Below are positions 1-7,569 of a DNA stretch of 32,337 nucleotides, in pieces. Below the pieces are notes generated by a model. That model was not told where the DNA came from. It ran no database searches and saw nothing but the letters and a program-made list of their open reading frames with translations. The translations under genes were made by a program, and so were the position numbers. Position 1 is the first letter of the stretch. Each line of letters begins with the position of its first letter. The stretch comes from a virus (Duplodnaviria; Caudoviricetes), in IMG/VR virus record IMGVR_UViG_3300016263_000206, positions 1 through 32,337 of that record; one strand, 5' to 3'.

Positions 1-2
1 CG

Positions 3-428
3 GGCGAGCGCGTGACCCCGATTTTGGAACTGAAGTGGGACGACGTCCGCGACGGGTTTGTGATCTTCCGGGCCGAGAGCCGCAAGAACCGCCGTCGAGA
101 CATCGACCGGGCCATCTCGCCAGAGACGGCCCAGGCCATCGCCGAGATCGCCGAACCCAAGCGGCAGCGGGTCTTCGCGTGGGACAAGACGATCTCGACG
201 CTCTACAACACCATGGACCGCATCTTGGCTCGGGCGGGCCTGCCCGCGAACCGCTGGAGCAAGTGGCACCGGATCAGGAAGACCACGGCCTCGTACTACG
301 AGGCTGCGGGCGGGTCGGCCCAGCGTCTTCTGGATCATGTCTCGCCGGCCGTCACCAGGCGGTATCTGGACCCCCGCGTGGTCCGTCCAGAGCACGACGC
401 ACCGTCGGTGCTGCCGAGGGTGAGCTAG
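3..428 (+). CDS. Tyrosine recombinase, C-terminal part (5'-truncated by window edge)
   Basis: Frame open from position 3: GER (catalytic R), WHRIRKT (HxxR), LLDH, TRRY; similar to the 17914-18828 integrase. Confidence 0.88.
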   Translation, partial: GERVTPILELKWDDVRDGFVIFRAESRKNRRRDIDRAISPETAQAIAEIAEPKRQRVFAWDKTISTLYNTMDRILARAGLPANRWSKWHRIRKTTASYYEAAGGSAQRLLDHVSPAVTRRYLDPRVVRPEHDAPSVLPRVS

Positions 429-465
429 GGCTGTCCGTCCTGCGGCGGATCTTCGACTCGCTCAT
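352..465 (-). pseudogene. Possible interrupted phage gene (MSESKIRRR...)
   Basis: Strong RBS GAGGAG (472-477) and ATG at 465; after ~12 codons the frame runs antisense into the recombinase 3' end and stops at 37 aa. Confidence 0.35.
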
Positions 466-579
466 CGCTTGCTCCTCGTGTGGCCCGGCAGAGTGTCGGT
501 GCGTGGCCTGCCTCTAGTGTGGCACGACTGCGTTGTGATGCGTGGGTTTCGCATCGGCAGGCGGGGGTGTCTCTTGCAG

Positions 580-867
580 TTAGGCGGGCTCTTGCTGCAC
601 CGCAGCTCGGTACTCAGCCTCTGTAATCTCGGTGGCTTCTCCGGTGCCAAGCATGAACTCAAGCATGGCTGCGGCGGCTGGGTATTCGCAGAACGGCTCA
701 TTGACCGCCAACACGATCCGGCCTTGCGCGTCGTGCGGGGCAGTGGCTGCTGGCTCGATGCAGGTGATCGTCTTCGTGGCTTCGTTGGGATGGCCCCACG
801 CCTGATCGAGCGCAATGCGGGCGTTCTCATACGCCTGGTCGCCAGAATCGCAGCGGAAGTACCTCAT
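580..867 (-). CDS. Hypothetical phage protein (95 aa, MRYFRCDSG...)
   Basis: ATG at 867 overlaps the upstream stop (ATGA). Confidence 0.8.
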   Translation of the reverse strand: MRYFRCDSGDQAYENARIALDQAWGHPNEATKTITCIEPAATAPHDAQGRIVLAVNEPFCEYPAAAAMLEFMLGTGEATEITEAEYRAAVQQEPA

Positions 868-1622
868 GCGACAGTGACCCCCCATTTCTTGCCAAGTCCG
901 CGCTCGGCCTTGGCAAGATCAGAGGACGACAGGGCGGCGGCATACACGACGCATTCGCTCAGATACATGATGTTTGCTCCACCGCCGTCGCACTTTCCAA
1001 GTTGCAGTTTGGCAGTAGTCGCTGAGTAGTTTCCGCTGGCATTTGCTTTGCTCGCCACAGAAACGCCATTGCGCCGCACGCCCATTGATGCACCGTTACG
1101 GAATGCCGTCAGAACTACCGGGGTAAGGTAGTCCGACTCTGTTAGTGTCGCGGAGAGGCGACCTCCTGATGCGTTCACTGTGTCCAGAAACATAGTGGCA
1201 CCGCCTAAGAAGTTCGCAAAGAACAATCGGCCGCCCGCCTGCGCATCGCTACCGAAAATAATGTTGCCGCCGTTTGCAAGGGTCTGCATATAGGCCACCA
1301 TCACGATGTAGACAGTGGGGCTTGAAGTGGGCGTCAGGAAATAGTCGGCAATCGTTGCAGATGACGTGACGCTGTCTGTAGTGTCAAAATACAGCGTCGG
1401 CTTACCGTTGAGCCCAGTCGCCTGGTAGGTCGGCTGGTTGTTAGCCGTGCCCTGCGTGGCGTGGAAGCCGTTTCCGCTCAAGTCGTTGACTTGCGAAACC
1501 GTGCTGCCGTTGAACGTCAGAGAAGAAGTATTGGCAACGTCGAGCCAAAGCTTCAGCCCGCTGATGCTCTTCGGATTGAATCCCGTGGCCCGAGGCCGAA
1601 GGAGTCGTGGGCTCATGGCCAT
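864..1622 (-). CDS. Concanavalin A-like/LamG-fold protein, putative virion or receptor-binding protein
   Basis: PKSISGLKLWLD...VSQVNDLSGNGFHATQ...QPTY...LNGKPTLYFD and ...SECVVY..ALS..ERGLGKKWG; Ser/Thr/Gly-rich beta protein. Confidence 0.7.
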   Translation of the reverse strand: MAMSPRLLRPRATGFNPKSISGLKLWLDVANTSSLTFNGSTVSQVNDLSGNGFHATQGTANNQPTYQATGLNGKPTLYFDTTDSVTSSATIADYFLTPTSSPTVYIVMVAYMQTLANGGNIIFGSDAQAGGRLFFANFLGGATMFLDTVNASGGRLSATLTESDYLTPVVLTAFRNGASMGVRRNGVSVASKANASGNYSATTAKLQLGKCDGGGANIMYLSECVVYAAALSSSDLAKAERGLGKKWGVTVA

Positions 1623-1624
1623 GG

Positions 1625-1867
1625 CTATTTCTCTCCCGCGTCTCGTGCTTGTGGTTGCAGGGCGTACAAGAGCCTGGTTTGCTCGGTGACGGCCTTGCTG
1701 ATCTCTCGCTGCGTCACGGCGATGTCCCGCAAAAACTCACGGTGGGCCTCGACCATCGGCACGATGATGTCCTGGCGGCCAACGTACAGCAGGGCACACG
1801 CCAAGAGCGTGGCGAAGCCGTACTCTCGGAGCAGGCCGAGCATCGTGTCCTTTTGCGAGTCAGTCAT
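1625..1867 (-). CDS. Small membrane protein, holin-like candidate (80 aa)
   Basis: One hydrophobic helix (YGFATLLACALLYVG) followed by a coiled segment; ATG overlaps the upstream stop. Confidence 0.6.
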   Translation of the reverse strand: MTDSQKDTMLGLLREYGFATLLACALLYVGRQDIIVPMVEAHREFLRDIAVTQREISKAVTEQTRLLYALQPQARDAGEK

Positions 1868-2193
1868 CGGCAAGCCTCCGTGATGGCAAGCCGGCCCTCG
1901 CTCGACTCCAGCCATTTTCGGAGCAATATTTTCACGATTTCCGAGACGATCGCGGCCAAGATGATCGACGCGAAAAACCCCATCCCGTATTCGGCACGCT
2001 CTCGCCGCTCAATGCCGCGGGCCAAATACTTGGCGACCACTTCGGCCTCACCCTGATCGCACTGGCGAAGCACGCCGATAGGCCAATCCTTGAGCGTCCG
2101 CTGAATGATGCGGTTGATGCGGGGGCGTCCCGCTAGGTGCTTGCGTGCAGGCAACTCTTGCCACACGTACTGCTCGAGCTCGTCGCGGGTCAT
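1864..2193 (-). CDS. Hypothetical protein with C-terminal hydrophobic helix
   Basis: 109 aa ORF, coupled stop/start; MGFFASIILAAIVSEIVKILL. Confidence 0.8.
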   Translation of the reverse strand: MTRDELEQYVWQELPARKHLAGRPRINRIIQRTLKDWPIGVLRQCDQGEAEVVAKYLARGIERRERAEYGMGFFASIILAAIVSEIVKILLRKWLESSEGRLAITEACR

Positions 2194-2450
2194 TTGGCAA
2201 CCCCCGTTCCGCCGCAGGCATTGCAGTCAATCACGATCCTGCCGTCTGTCGGCATCTTGCCGGTCCCCTTGCACGTCTGGCACTTGCCGTCCGTTGGCTT
2301 CGGGGGTGCAGGCGTCGGCGCGACCTCCTGACGCAGCTGCATGACCATGCGTGCCGTCTCGCAGGCAATGTCGGCCGACAGCGTCGGATCATCTGGAATG
2401 GTTGCGACGCATCCAAAGAGCAGCACCGTTAGCACGAGCATGAATCTCAC
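2190..2450 (-). CDS. Putative lipoprotein with DnaJ-type Zn-finger (86 aa)
   Basis: GTG at 2450 overlaps the upstream TGA; signal peptide with lipobox LLFGC; Pro-rich linker; CQTCKGTG...CNACGGTG. Confidence 0.72.
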   Translation of the reverse strand: MRFMLVLTVLLFGCVATIPDDPTLSADIACETARMVMQLRQEVAPTPAPPKPTDGKCQTCKGTGKMPTDGRIVIDCNACGGTGVAK

Positions 2451-3367
2451 AGCACACCTCTCAACCAATCTTCGGGTAGTTGCGTCGGCTTGAAGCCGCT
2501 GTATCCGGCGTACACGTAGGAATCGCGGCCCGAGCACATTCGGTCGATCACGTCAGCGTCGGCCCAAAAACTGCAGTTCTTCACCGCCTCTGGCATCGTT
2601 TGCGGGTAGTGCTTGCCGACTGTGTTGGATTCGCCCCACGAGTTGAATATCAAGATGCCGGGCCGCTTGCCGAAGCGGACGCCACCACCGAACATGCAAT
2701 GCCACCACACGCCGCCAGCTTTGCAGAAGCCGTCAGCGTCTCGGCTCATGCTGAAGCCCTGGCCGCTGCAGAACACGACCCCGTATCCGTTGCTAATGGC
2801 TCGGGCACAGTCATCAAATCCGAGGGCCAGCGTTGTCTCCGTGCATCGCCGCTCCTTGGCGTACGGCTCAAGCACGTCGGGCACGCCGTTGCGTCCCCAC
2901 TCTCGCTCGCGGCTGCTGCTGTGCTTGTCGAAGACCGTGCCCCCGTAGTCCACGCCATAATGCAGGGCACCGTAGTCGCGGATGCTTTTGGCGGCGTGGA
3001 ATCCGGTGGAGCCGTCGCCCCCGGTGTTGACCTTTTGCCCGCGAGCCTCAACACGAGAGAAACCGTAAAGGCTCGCCTCTATCGTGCGGCCACGCCACGC
3101 CTCTGGCTCTTTTCGCCACAGAATGTCACAGGCCGCGAGCATGTCTACGGCAAGGCTTGAGCCCCAACCTACGCACGAGCCGACATTTCCCTGCGAGCCT
3201 CTTCGCCAGGACGGCATGCACTCAAGCAAAGCCGGGTACAGCATCACGTCCTGCTCGGCCGACTTGAGATCAGGGCCAGCACTGGAGAGCGTTGGGTGCG
3301 GCAGCGTCGCCACGAACGCTTCTGCACCTTCGGGATCGGGCACATAGCCCATGCCGTGCTCGGCCAT
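2447..3367 (-). CDS. Papain-like (C1-type) cysteine peptidase
   Basis: QGNVGSC (oxyanion Q and catalytic C), WWHCM (H), IFNSWG (N). Confidence 0.85.
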   Translation of the reverse strand: MAEHGMGYVPDPEGAEAFVATLPHPTLSSAGPDLKSAEQDVMLYPALLECMPSWRRGSQGNVGSCVGWGSSLAVDMLAACDILWRKEPEAWRGRTIEASLYGFSRVEARGQKVNTGGDGSTGFHAAKSIRDYGALHYGVDYGGTVFDKHSSSREREWGRNGVPDVLEPYAKERRCTETTLALGFDDCARAISNGYGVVFCSGQGFSMSRDADGFCKAGGVWWHCMFGGGVRFGKRPGILIFNSWGESNTVGKHYPQTMPEAVKNCSFWADADVIDRMCSGRDSYVYAGYSGFKPTQLPEDWLRGVL

Positions 3368-3369
3368 GG

Positions 3370-3978
3370 CTATCCCCTATTAATGCCGGCCCAGGCGACT
3401 GCCTTGGCGAACTCAACAAACCGCTCCCGCACGGCCTTGTCAACGGGCACAACCTCGCGGCCAACGATGGCACTGTAGGCCGACTGCACGGCCTCGCGCA
3501 GCGGCTCGTTGCTACCTGGGACGTGCCCGCCGATGCGTCGCCATGCGATCTCGAGCGACAGCGTTGAGAACAGCTGCAGGGACCTTGTGTCGGTGAACAC
3601 CGCCTGCGTGGTGACGGCGTCGCCGGCTACCACCACTGCGGCCTTCTGCCACGTCGCTGCCCACAGGGCACGATCACCCGCCGGCATCCCCTGGCATGCG
3701 GATGCAATCTCTGAAACGGCCTTCTGCATCTCCACGGTTGGAGTCTCCACGTCAATCACTGGCACAGGCGCCGAAGGCAGTTTCGGCAGCTTGATCTGGC
3801 CCCACGCCGCTGCGATCAGGAGCCCTGCGGCTGCGACCCGGCCGAGGGTGGCACGCTCGGCGTAGGCGGCTTGGGCGGCCTTAGCGAAGTGCCGAGCGAG
3901 CGTTTCCCAGTACGGGGCTGCCAGGAAAGCAACCGCCGCCACCACTGCGGCAGCGCGTATGAGCGAGTCATCGATCAC
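3370..3978 (-). CDS. Hypothetical membrane protein
   Basis: 202 aa with two N-terminal hydrophobic segments. Confidence 0.8.
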   Translation of the reverse strand: MIDDSLIRAAAVVAAVAFLAAPYWETLARHFAKAAQAAYAERATLGRVAAAGLLIAAAWGQIKLPKLPSAPVPVIDVETPTVEMQKAVSEIASACQGMPAGDRALWAATWQKAAVVVAGDAVTTQAVFTDTRSLQLFSTLSLEIAWRRIGGHVPGSNEPLREAVQSAYSAIVGREVVPVDKAVRERFVEFAKAVAWAGINRG

Positions 3979-4277
3979 CTCGCGGCCTCCGCTTGAGCCA
4001 GCACGAACCGAACCAGGGCCTCGCCCTCTTTGGTCTTGAGGATGTCTGCCAGCCGCTTGACGAGCTCGTCGTCAAGTTTGGCGTCGGTCTTGGCGGCAAC
4101 CCACTCGGCGGCCTCGCCAACCACCAGGGCCTTCTGGTAGGGATCGGCCGCGTTGATGAACCGCTGGCCGTAGCCGATGAGCGGAGCCCAGGCATTCAAC
4201 AGGGCGATCTGCTGCCAGATGTTGAGGTTGCCACCGTACTGCTGGAGCTCTTCGGGGGTCGCTTCGTAAGCGGGCAT
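3975..4277 (-). CDS. Hypothetical protein
   Basis: 100 aa ORF with GAGGA RBS, coupled to its neighbours. Confidence 0.82.
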   Translation of the reverse strand: MPAYEATPEELQQYGGNLNIWQQIALLNAWAPLIGYGQRFINAADPYQKALVVGEAAEWVAAKTDAKLDDELVKRLADILKTKEGEALVRFVLAQAEAAR

Positions 4278-4279
4278 GC

Positions 4280-4552
4280 CTAGTCCTCCTCGTCTGATTC
4301 TGAATCCTCACCGGCTCCCCCTTGCAGTGGCGGCGTGATGTTGACCACGTCGTTGAGCCAGTCAAAAGTGTTGTCGTACGTGTCTTTCGCCTCTTCGTAG
4401 GCATCCTTCCGGTCAAGCCGAAATGGCTGCTTGAAAACCTCTTCGTCAAGCAACTTGCCGCCGCCGTCGGTCATATACAGGTACACGTACTGCTGCCCGT
4501 ACTCGATGACGATTCTGCGGAGCACGTCTTCCCGGCCTCGTGGTGCACTCAT
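4280..4552 (-). CDS. Hypothetical acidic protein (90 aa)
   Basis: ATG at 4552 overlaps the upstream stop. Confidence 0.78.
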   Translation of the reverse strand: MSAPRGREDVLRRIVIEYGQQYVYLYMTDGGGKLLDEEVFKQPFRLDRKDAYEEAKDTYDNTFDWLNDVVNITPPLQGGAGEDSESDEED

Positions 4553-4926
4553 TCGTCTGGCTCCATGCACATGCCATCAACGGCGTTCCTGGCCTCGTCA
4601 GTGAGCTCGATTCGCCGCAGGACAAATGCCTGCGGCTTGGTCACCCTACGATCACGCTCCACGTCTTCGGTCCACGTCGCTTGTATCCGCATGCACGCCT
4701 GGCGGATCTCTGTCGTGGTCGGGTCTGCCGCTCGTCTGGGCTTTGCTCGGAGCCTTCGGTCATGCCTGGGCGGCAGATCCCAGACGTGCTTGAGCCGGAT
4801 GACTTGGTCGCGCGTGATCGTGTAACGCTCGCACAGCACACGCATCGGAATATGCGTGAGCCAGTCGGCCCGAAATGCCGCCACGCTAATCGTGGCCGTT
4901 ACGCCGCGCACGGTTCTGGTAGCCAA
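4549..4926 (-). CDS. Putative HTH protein, similar to 7252-7566 (start uncertain)
   Basis: LCERYTITRDQVIRLKHVWDLPPR...DPTTTEI. Confidence 0.65.
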   Translation of the reverse strand: MATRTVRGVTATISVAAFRADWLTHIPMRVLCERYTITRDQVIRLKHVWDLPPRHDRRLRAKPRRAADPTTTEIRQACMRIQATWTEDVERDRRVTKPQAFVLRRIELTDEARNAVDGMCMEPDE

Positions 4927-5771
4927 CTCATAAGGGTTCGCATCGCCGGGCAGACATACAGATGCTGTCCAGTCGCCTTTGCAATGCTGCGATGGAACGG
5001 CACATGCTCGCAGTCTTGGGTGCCGTCATACGTTCCCTTCAGATAAGCGTCCGTGCGGTACACGGCCATGCCGCCGAAGGCACTAGCCACGATCACAGGC
5101 GGTGAGCCGACTGGGGGGAACCAAGAGAAGCCCCAGCCGCCGTAGCCATTTTGGTACGTGTCCCAGTAGCACCCTGGCTGCCCAACGCCACGCAGGGCCC
5201 ATAGGTCGTAGTGCGTCCACTGCGGCCCGTGGCCGAAGTCGTACTGACTCAGCGACACGCTGGCCATGCCGTAGGCGCCTGGCATCTCAACGAGCCAGCC
5301 GATGGCGTTGAGCAGCCCGTGGTGCGACCACCCGCCCCACATATCCCAGTCGGCGACGATCACATAGTCCGCGTCGCCGGCGCACGCCCGAACCCATCTT
5401 TGGCATGCGTCACGATACTCGGCGAGCGCGATAGTCCTTCGCCCGGCAAACTCTGCCGGAAAGTGCCCACGGCCCAGCATCTGATAATGAAACGTGGCCT
5501 GACGATGACGGCGGCAGAAGCCGGCAAGCACCTCGAGCGTCTGGTCCTCGCAATCGTTGCTCTCAATGTGCAGCTGCCAGGAGGCCATGCCATCGGCCAT
5601 CGCCTCGATCGCTCCAAGGTTCTGGGCAAGGCGAACGCCGCAGTTGCGGGCCAGGCCGACAAAAGCAATGGATGAGTTTTTGAGCCTTATGCGGCCCTCT
5701 TCACACCGCTCGGCAAACGATGATGCGAATGGCTCAATCGGGTGCAGCAGGTGGCTGGCAATGTCAGGCAT
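4899..5771 (-). CDS. GT-A fold glycosyltransferase-like protein (290 aa)
   Basis: FVGLARN, ESNDCEDQT, VIVADWD (DxD), YDLWALR, SAFGGMAVYR, CEHVPFH; start set at ATG 5771. Confidence 0.75.
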   Translation of the reverse strand: MPDIASHLLHPIEPFASSFAERCEEGRIRLKNSSIAFVGLARNCGVRLAQNLGAIEAMADGMASWQLHIESNDCEDQTLEVLAGFCRRHRQATFHYQMLGRGHFPAEFAGRRTIALAEYRDACQRWVRACAGDADYVIVADWDMWGGWSHHGLLNAIGWLVEMPGAYGMASVSLSQYDFGHGPQWTHYDLWALRGVGQPGCYWDTYQNGYGGWGFSWFPPVGSPPVIVASAFGGMAVYRTDAYLKGTYDGTQDCEHVPFHRSIAKATGQHLYVCPAMRTLMSWLPEPCAA

Positions 5772-6384
5772 TGGCGGCCTTTTCTTGGACGCGACGAAGT
5801 TTTTCCCCTGCGGGAAACACTCCGCATGCGTGGTATACGAAATCGCCTGGAACCCAATGCGTGCCAGGTTCGCCATCGACTCCGCCAGGCTTGTTCCACT
5901 CGCACGAGTTAAACGAACGCAAAGGGGCAATGGTCAAAATGTCGCCAAGCTCTTCCGCTCGCCGCTCGAGCCAGGTCTGCCACACGCAAGGCAGATCCCT
6001 CCATTGATCTTGCTGTACGGTGATGCTTTGAAGTAGCCACCTAGACTCAATGGTGTTTCGCCAGACAATGCTGCCGCAGTTGATGCGGTTCCATCCGACG
6101 ATGCCCTCTTCGCAGACCGTAACGTGCGGCCCGAGACACTCAAGGCGATGAATCGGCTGTCCTATGTTGGTGATGACGGCGTCAGCGTCCAGCGTCCACA
6201 CCAAGTCATACGAATCAAGCAGCGGAACTAGAGACGCGACGCCAGCATATGCGTCCGCAAGCTCCTTGTAGTCAAACAGCACTGAGTACCCGTGCTGCAG
6301 GCAATACTGAATCCGGTTCCCCATGACTGCATAGGCGAAGTCGGCTATGTTCCGCGAGATGCTGGTGACTACGACAACCCTCAC
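5764..6384 (-). CDS. Glycosyltransferase, GT34 (GMA12/MNN10)-like
   Basis: YCLQHGY, WTLDADAVITN (DxD), INCGSIVWRNT, FNS, WVPGDFVYH. Confidence 0.78.
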   Translation of the reverse strand: MRVVVVTSISRNIADFAYAVMGNRIQYCLQHGYSVLFDYKELADAYAGVASLVPLLDSYDLVWTLDADAVITNIGQPIHRLECLGPHVTVCEEGIVGWNRINCGSIVWRNTIESRWLLQSITVQQDQWRDLPCVWQTWLERRAEELGDILTIAPLRSFNSCEWNKPGGVDGEPGTHWVPGDFVYHACGVFPAGEKLRRVQEKAANA

Positions 6385-6779
6385 GAAATCCGCACGGTAG
6401 TCCGTGCCTCCGTGCCGTAGCTCTTTTCCACCACCAGGCGAGCAACCAGCGTGTCATCGCCCATCACGTCCTGCAGTGCGTCAAGCACGGCCTTGGCGAT
6501 GTTGTCCACGTCGGGCCGTGGCAGCACCGGGGCGTCTGGCCTGACGCCGCTCTTTTTCAGATGCGACTTGGGCCGAACGAACACGGCATCGATCACGACG
6601 TTCAGCGGCTCGCCTGTCGTGCCAAGCCCGGCGTCACGGGCAGCAGCTGCGAGCGATGCACGGTAGTCGTGCACCGGGTGCTTGCTCGGCACGTACGCAC
6701 GAGCGAAGCCGCCACGGGTCGAGACTCGCGGCCTCGGCTGCGGCACTGGATCGCCCGGCACGGTGAACGTGATCGCCAT
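6381..6779 (-). CDS. rusA: RusA-family Holliday junction resolvase
   Basis: FTVPGDPVPQPRPR, RPKSH, RPDVDNIAKAVLDAL, DDTLV. Confidence 0.93.
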   Translation of the reverse strand: MAITFTVPGDPVPQPRPRVSTRGGFARAYVPSKHPVHDYRASLAAAARDAGLGTTGEPLNVVIDAVFVRPKSHLKKSGVRPDAPVLPRPDVDNIAKAVLDALQDVMGDDTLVARLVVEKSYGTEARTTVRIS

Positions 6780-6785
6780 GCACGA

Positions 6786-6805
6786 AGCATGGCAGCGGAG
6801 TCAAG
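6786..6805 (-). promoter_or_regulatory. Phage promoter motif copy 1 (CTTGAC-TCCG-CTGC-CATGCT)
   Basis: One of four intergenic copies; predicted +1 coincides with the A of the rusA ATG (leaderless). Confidence 0.6.
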
Positions 6806-6884
6806 CCGGACGGGTTCGGCGTGCTATGCAGCACTTGACCGCGTCTCGCGGCCGCGCGAGGCGGATTCGGGCGGGCGGCGGGGT

Positions 6885-6916
6885 GTTATGAGGTTCCGCA
6901 GAAACACTGGTTCTGT
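6885..6916 (+). other. attI-like recombination site (left cassette junction)
   Basis: GCAGAAA-CACTG-GTTCTGT (L, 5 nt, R geometry as in attI1 CCCTAAA-ACAAA-GTTRRRY), with upstream GTTATGA and GTTCCGC repeats. Confidence 0.5.
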
Positions 6917-7249
6917 GGTCATTTCAGCCGCTCCAGCAGGCCGCGCAGGGTGGCGGCGTATCGCTCAAGCCGCTTCGACGGCCCAATGCACCACTGCGAG
7001 AAATACTCCACCGCCTCCCGCTCCGCGTCGGTGAGCGATGGCGAACGGTAGAGCGGGACAACTTCTGGAAACCCGTACTCCTTCGCCCACGCTTCCGCTT
7101 TGTCGCGGCTGCATGAGTGATAACCGACGAGAGTCTTTGTCCCGTCCATCACAGCCCACGCAACCACAGAACCATCCGATGCAGGAGACATCGCTGCCGA
7201 GTCCTGCGGTGTAGTTTCGTCAGTCATGCGATGCTCCTGATCTTGAGTG
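6911..7249 (+). mobile_element. Integron-type gene cassette (339 bp)
   Basis: Starts G/TTCTGTGGT, the exact complement of its own attC R'' ACCACAGAAC (7163-7172); ends at the G of the attC R' GTT (7249). Confidence 0.75.
6919..7227 (-). CDS. Cassette-borne hypothetical protein (102 aa)
   Basis: RBS AGGAG and ATG lie inside attC; the ORF fills the cassette. Confidence 0.82.
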   Translation of the reverse strand: MTDETTPQDSAAMSPASDGSVVAWAVMDGTKTLVGYHSCSRDKAEAWAKEYGFPEVVPLYRSPSLTDAEREAVEYFSQWCIGPSKRLERYAATLRGLLERLK

Positions 7250-7255
7250 TTCTAC
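7166..7255 (+). other. attC-like site (90 bp)
   Basis: ACAGAAC-catcc-GAT[G]CAGGAG[A]CATCGC-33 nt-GCGATG CTCCTG ATC-ttgagt-GTTCTAC: 5/6-nt spacers and two extrahelical bases at canonical positions. Confidence 0.82.
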
Positions 7256-7566
7256 GCCGCCCCGCCTTGCCGCCACTGCTTTGCCGACAGGTCTATCTCG
7301 CCACGTCGTTCGAGGTAGTGCCGCTGCCTGCACTCATACGCACGCTGTGCAATCTGCTCGGGGGTTGGATCTCCAGGGAGTGGCCCAAGGTTTACATTCA
7401 GGGCCTTCTGGTAGGGCTTGCGGCGTGGGAGCCCGTACCGCTTGGCCAGCCTGCGGATCGCCGTCTCGGACACGCCGAGCCTCTGAGGCAAATCTGAACT
7501 GTAAACGCTTGGGTCTGCCCACAACTTGAAGAGCAGTGGCACGTCGACGTTGATCTTCTTAGGCAA
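7252..7566 (-). CDS. HTH DNA-binding protein
   Basis: LPQRLGVSETAIRRLAKRYGLPRR...DPTPEQI; TTG start. Confidence 0.72.
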   Translation of the reverse strand: MPKKINVDVPLLFKLWADPSVYSSDLPQRLGVSETAIRRLAKRYGLPRRKPYQKALNVNLGPLPGDPTPEQIAQRAYECRQRHYLERRGEIDLSAKQWRQGGAA

Positions 7567-7569
7567 CGA

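Noticed and set aside
515-535. Fifth promoter-motif copy (GTGC-CA-CACT on the minus strand)
   Set aside because: The extended -10 half matches but TTGAC is absent; not counted
864-1622. Diversity-generating retroelement or invertible receptor-binding cassette
   Set aside because: No reverse transcriptase, no TR/VR repeat pair, and no inverted crossover sites seen
6786-6805. Promoter motif as sigma54 -24/-12
   Set aside because: Lacks the invariant GG and the spacing to GC is two nt too short
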